The position numbers and the translations under genes are program-made. The notes beneath the pieces are model-generated. The model worked only from the letters and a program-made list of their open reading frames with translations. It was not told where the DNA came from and searched no databases. Shown piece after piece: positions 60,535-64,000 of a stretch of 64,000 bases of DNA. The DNA comes from Rebecca billardiae RCC1528 (taxonomy: Eukaryota > Protista > Haptophyta). The stretch is taken from contig OZ251241.1 in the NCBI GenBank assembly GCA_965240325.2, forward strand, positions 1-64,000, in the 5' to 3' direction. Position 1 is the first letter of the stretch; each line of letters opens with the position of its first letter.

Positions 60535-63500
60535 TCACTCGCGCGTCGCGCGGATGAACGAGAGCTGCGCGAGCGCGATGGCGCCGGCGACGCACGCGCC
60601 GAGCGCGTGCGCGCCCGCGTGCACCGGCACCGTCACGCCGAGCAGCTCGAAGCCGCAGTCCGCGCGCGTGCGCACAATCTCGGCCAGCACGAGCAGCTGC
60701 TCGACCGCGCCGCCGCGCGCGCCGCCGTCCGCGTTGGCCATCTCGAGCGCGAGCGCGTGCGCGACGGACGACTGCAGCGCGCGCACGTGGTGCGTCAGCT
60801 GCCCCGCCACGTGCAGCGGGTACGCCAGCGCCACGCCCGAGAAGGCGAGCGCCACGCCCACCACCGGCTGCCAGCCCACCACTGCGCAGCGCGAGGGCAG
60901 GGCGCGCGCGCGCAAAGAGGGCGGCGCGGCGAAGGGGGCGGCGCGGCGCGGCGGTGAGCCCGCGCACGCGCGCGCGCGCGCGCCTCGCCCCCTCGCCCCG
61001 CCGCCTCCGCCCCGCACCGAGTACGTGCAGCGTGCAGAAGAGCCCCACGTAGCCCCACAGGCAGAAGTGCAGCAGCAGCGGCGCCGTCAGCCGGCGCGAC
61101 GTCTCCGCCAGCAGCTCGCAGTGGCGCCAGAAGAGGAGCAGGGGGCGCTCGAGCGAGAGGAGCGCGGGCGCGGGCTCGCGCGGCGCGCCGCCGACGCCGC
61201 CGACGCCCGCGAGGCGGTAGCTGCCGCCAGCGCCGCCCAGCGCGCCGCAGCCGCCGCAGCCGCCGCCCGGCCCGCCGAGCGGCGTGGCTGCTGCTCCGGT
61301 GGCCGCTGCTCCCGTGGCCGCGCCCGTGGCTGCGCCGAACGCAGAGGCGATGGAGCCGGCGTGCGAGGAGGCGCGCGCGGGCTGCGGCTCCGAGGGGGGC
61401 ACGCGCACGTACCGCCCGTGCTGCGAGGCCGCCTGCACGCGCGAGCCGGGGGGCGGCGGATTGGGCGGCACGCGCACAGCCGTGCTCAGCCGTGAGCACA
61501 CGCAGCGCTGCGCACAGCGTGGGTGCGCGCCGTGCTGGCGCGGTGTGTGCGCGGAGTGCCGTGTGTGCGCGCTGTGCGCGCGGGAGCTCACCTCGAGGGC
61601 GCGCACGAAGCGCTCGGCGGCGAGCGCGTGGCCGCTGCCCACGAGCGCGAGGCACGCGCCGCAGCCCGCGAGCGCGCCCGCCAGCAGCAGCACGCCAGCG
61701 CTTGAGGCGAGCAGCCATGCTGACGAGCCCCCGGGGCCCCCCAGCGGGGCGGACACGCTCGAGCCCTGCGCAAGCAAGCGCGCGCGCAAGCACGGGAGCA
61801 CGCGCAGAGCGGCTCAGCGCGCGCCTCTGCGCTCGCTCCGCGCGCGCGCCCTGCGCCCCCGCCGCGCGCGCGTGCGCACCTCTGCCAGCGCCAGCAGATA
61901 CAGCACCGCGTCAGCATGGCTGCCGCCCGAGCACAGCGAGCCGTCGGCCGCGGCCGAGAAGGAGAGGGCGGTGGAGCCGAGCTCGTCGGTGCCGCCGCCG
62001 CCCGAGCCGGCGCCGGGCACGACCGAGCCGTCTGCGCTGCCCGCGGGCTGCGCGGCCGAGCCCTCGCCGCCGGCGCCGCTGTCCGCGCCCACGCCCGCCC
62101 ACGCGCACACCTCACGGCTGCGCGCACGCGCACGCGCACACGCGCGCGCGGCCGGGCGGCGGGCGGCGCGCGTGAGTCGCGGCGCGCGCGCCGGCTGGGA
62201 GGAGGGCAGGGCGGCGCGCGCGGCGCGCACACACCTGTACCACGCGCGCTCGTACAACCCGAGCGCGCACGCGATAGCCGCCGCGCACAGCAGCGCGCGC
62301 GCGGCGACCGCGCGCGCGTGCGTCGTCGCCGCGCGCGCGGCCGCGGCGCGCGCCGCCGCCTCGGCGCGCGCGAGCGGCGCGGCGGCGGCGAGCGAGAGGC
62401 CCCTGGCGGAGAGCGACGCGCCGCCCGCCTCCTCCTCCGCGCCGCCGCCCTCCGCCACCGCCGGCCGCGGCGGCGCCCACGGCATGCGCAGCCGCTGCCA
62501 GCGCGGCCGCGGCGAAGCGTGCCGCGCGCCGCCGCGGCCGCGCGCGTGCGCGCCGCCGCCGCCGCCCGCCGCCGGCACCGCCGACTCGGGCATCACGACC
62601 GCGCGCGGCGAGAGGCGTCCGGACGGCCTGCGCGCGGCGTCGACCAGCCGCCGCCCCGCCTCGGCGCCCACGCCGCACCCCACCGCCGCCGCCGCCCCCG
62701 CGCCCCCCTCGCGCGCGCACGCGGGCGGCGGCGGCTCGGCGCGCAGCTGCAGCTGCAGCTCAATAGCACCGCCCGCCTCGGCCTCGGCGGCGGCGTCCGC
62801 GTCCGCGGCGGGGTTGGGCGCGGCGTCGTGCGCCGCGCCGAGCGCGCAGCCGTTCAGGTCGTGCAGCGGCTCCGCGCCGCGCTGGGCGCGCCCGCCGAGC
62901 GCGCCCGCCGCGCGCGCGCGCGCGCGCGCCGCGGCCGCGCCGAGCGCGGCGCGCGCCGAGCCGCGCGCCGCCGCGGCCGCGTGCTCGGCGGCACGGCGCT
63001 CGGCGGGCTCGCGCGCCGGGCTGGCGCGGTCGCGCGCGCTGGTCGGCGGCGGCGAGCCCGCGCCGCCGCCCGGCCCCGCCCCTCCGCCGCCGCCCGTGTG
63101 CAGCGCGTGCCTGTAGATGTTCGCCAGGTTGCCCGACTGCACGTACAGCAGCGCGCACGCCCAATCGACCACCGCGGCCAGCACCACACACATGGCCGTG
63201 TGCGCCGGCAGCGCGACCGACCAGTGCACCGCGCACATCAGCAGCTGCAGCAGCAGGCCCAGCGTGACGCCGACGGCGTACGCGAGCGCGAGCAGCGCGC
63301 GGCACAGCGAGAGCTCCGAGAAGTCGCACAGCCCGCAGCTCGCCATCAGCAGCACCGCCGGCCGCAGCGGCGCCACGGACCACAAGTCGGTGGGCGTGGG
63401 CCCCGAGGACGCACCGCCGCCGAGCGCGCCGCCGGCGCGGAAGGAGAGGGAGGGCGAGCGCTTGGCGCCCGGGGCGTCGGCGGGGGGCGGCTCGGCGGCG

Positions 63501-63907
63501 GCCGCACCGAGCGCGTGGCCGCGCAGCCGGCGCGCCCACGCCCTCAGCTCGCGCAGCGGCCGCGCCTGCAGCCACAGCCGCGCGCGCGCGTGCGCGTGCG
63601 CGCCGTCCGCGCCGTCCGCGTGCGCGTGCGGCGCGGGCGGCAGCGCGTACGCGGACACGGGTGGGCGGAGGGGGCGGAGGGCGTAGCCGCCGTACCCGCC
63701 CTGCCCGCCGCCCGCGTGCACGCGCATCAGCGGCATCGGCAGCCGCAGCGAGCGCGCACTGCCGCCGCCGCCGCCGCCGCCGGGCGAGGCCAGCGCCCCG
63801 CCCCCGCCCGCGCCCGCCGCCGCCGCCTCGCGGCCGAGTGCCAGCAGCGCGCCGCACGCGCCGCACGCGCCCGCCGCGCTGAGTCCGAGCGGGGGCAGCG
63901 GCGTCAT
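60535..63907 (-). CDS. Multi-exon polytopic membrane protein, candidate gustatory-receptor-like (7TMIC/DUF3537-like); 5' end may lie beyond the window
   Basis: Several hydrophobic helices; C-terminal GFELLGVTV...GAIALAQL. Confidence 0.55.
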
Positions 63908-64000
63908 CGGCGTGCCGAGCGCGCCGCTGCCTGCGGGCGCGCGCAGCGGCAGGCCGCCTTGCTGCGCGGGCAGCAGCGCGCCGCTCCCGCCGCCCTCGCT

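Overview
Very GC-rich eukaryotic genomic DNA, not prokaryotic. It has spliceosomal GT-AG introns and at least one GC-AG intron, a eukaryote-type tRNA gene, and (TA)n/(GA)n microsatellites. Composition and gene content suggest a microalga, possibly a haptophyte (inference). About 20 protein genes can be read: GNAT, GT61-like, CEBPZ/Noc1, esterase, FAD oxidoreductase, DUF6492-like, RING-CH E3, REC-AGC kinase, DUF3110, PfkB, GT29, thioredoxin, GT8, TauE with a Cys-rich N-terminus, NUDT22, an LCM-type methyltransferase and several hypotheticals. Most long Arg/Ala-rich ORFs in the track are GC shadow frames. Highlights: (1) a 4-exon, ~3,950-aa membrane-anchored protein built from ~22 repeats and other motifs resembling phage tail-fibre modules; (2) a perfect 47-bp TA-flanked inverted repeat pair bracketing three host genes over 7.6 kb; (3) an intact CRE-clade non-LTR retrotransposon in a (TA)n tract, with atypical catalytic motifs; (4) a PRR-type receiver fused to a Rim15/Greatwall/IRE-like kinase; (5) a candidate gustatory-receptor-like channel; (6) a tRNA-Pro with C33. 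All family calls come from recognising motifs by eye; no database searches were run.
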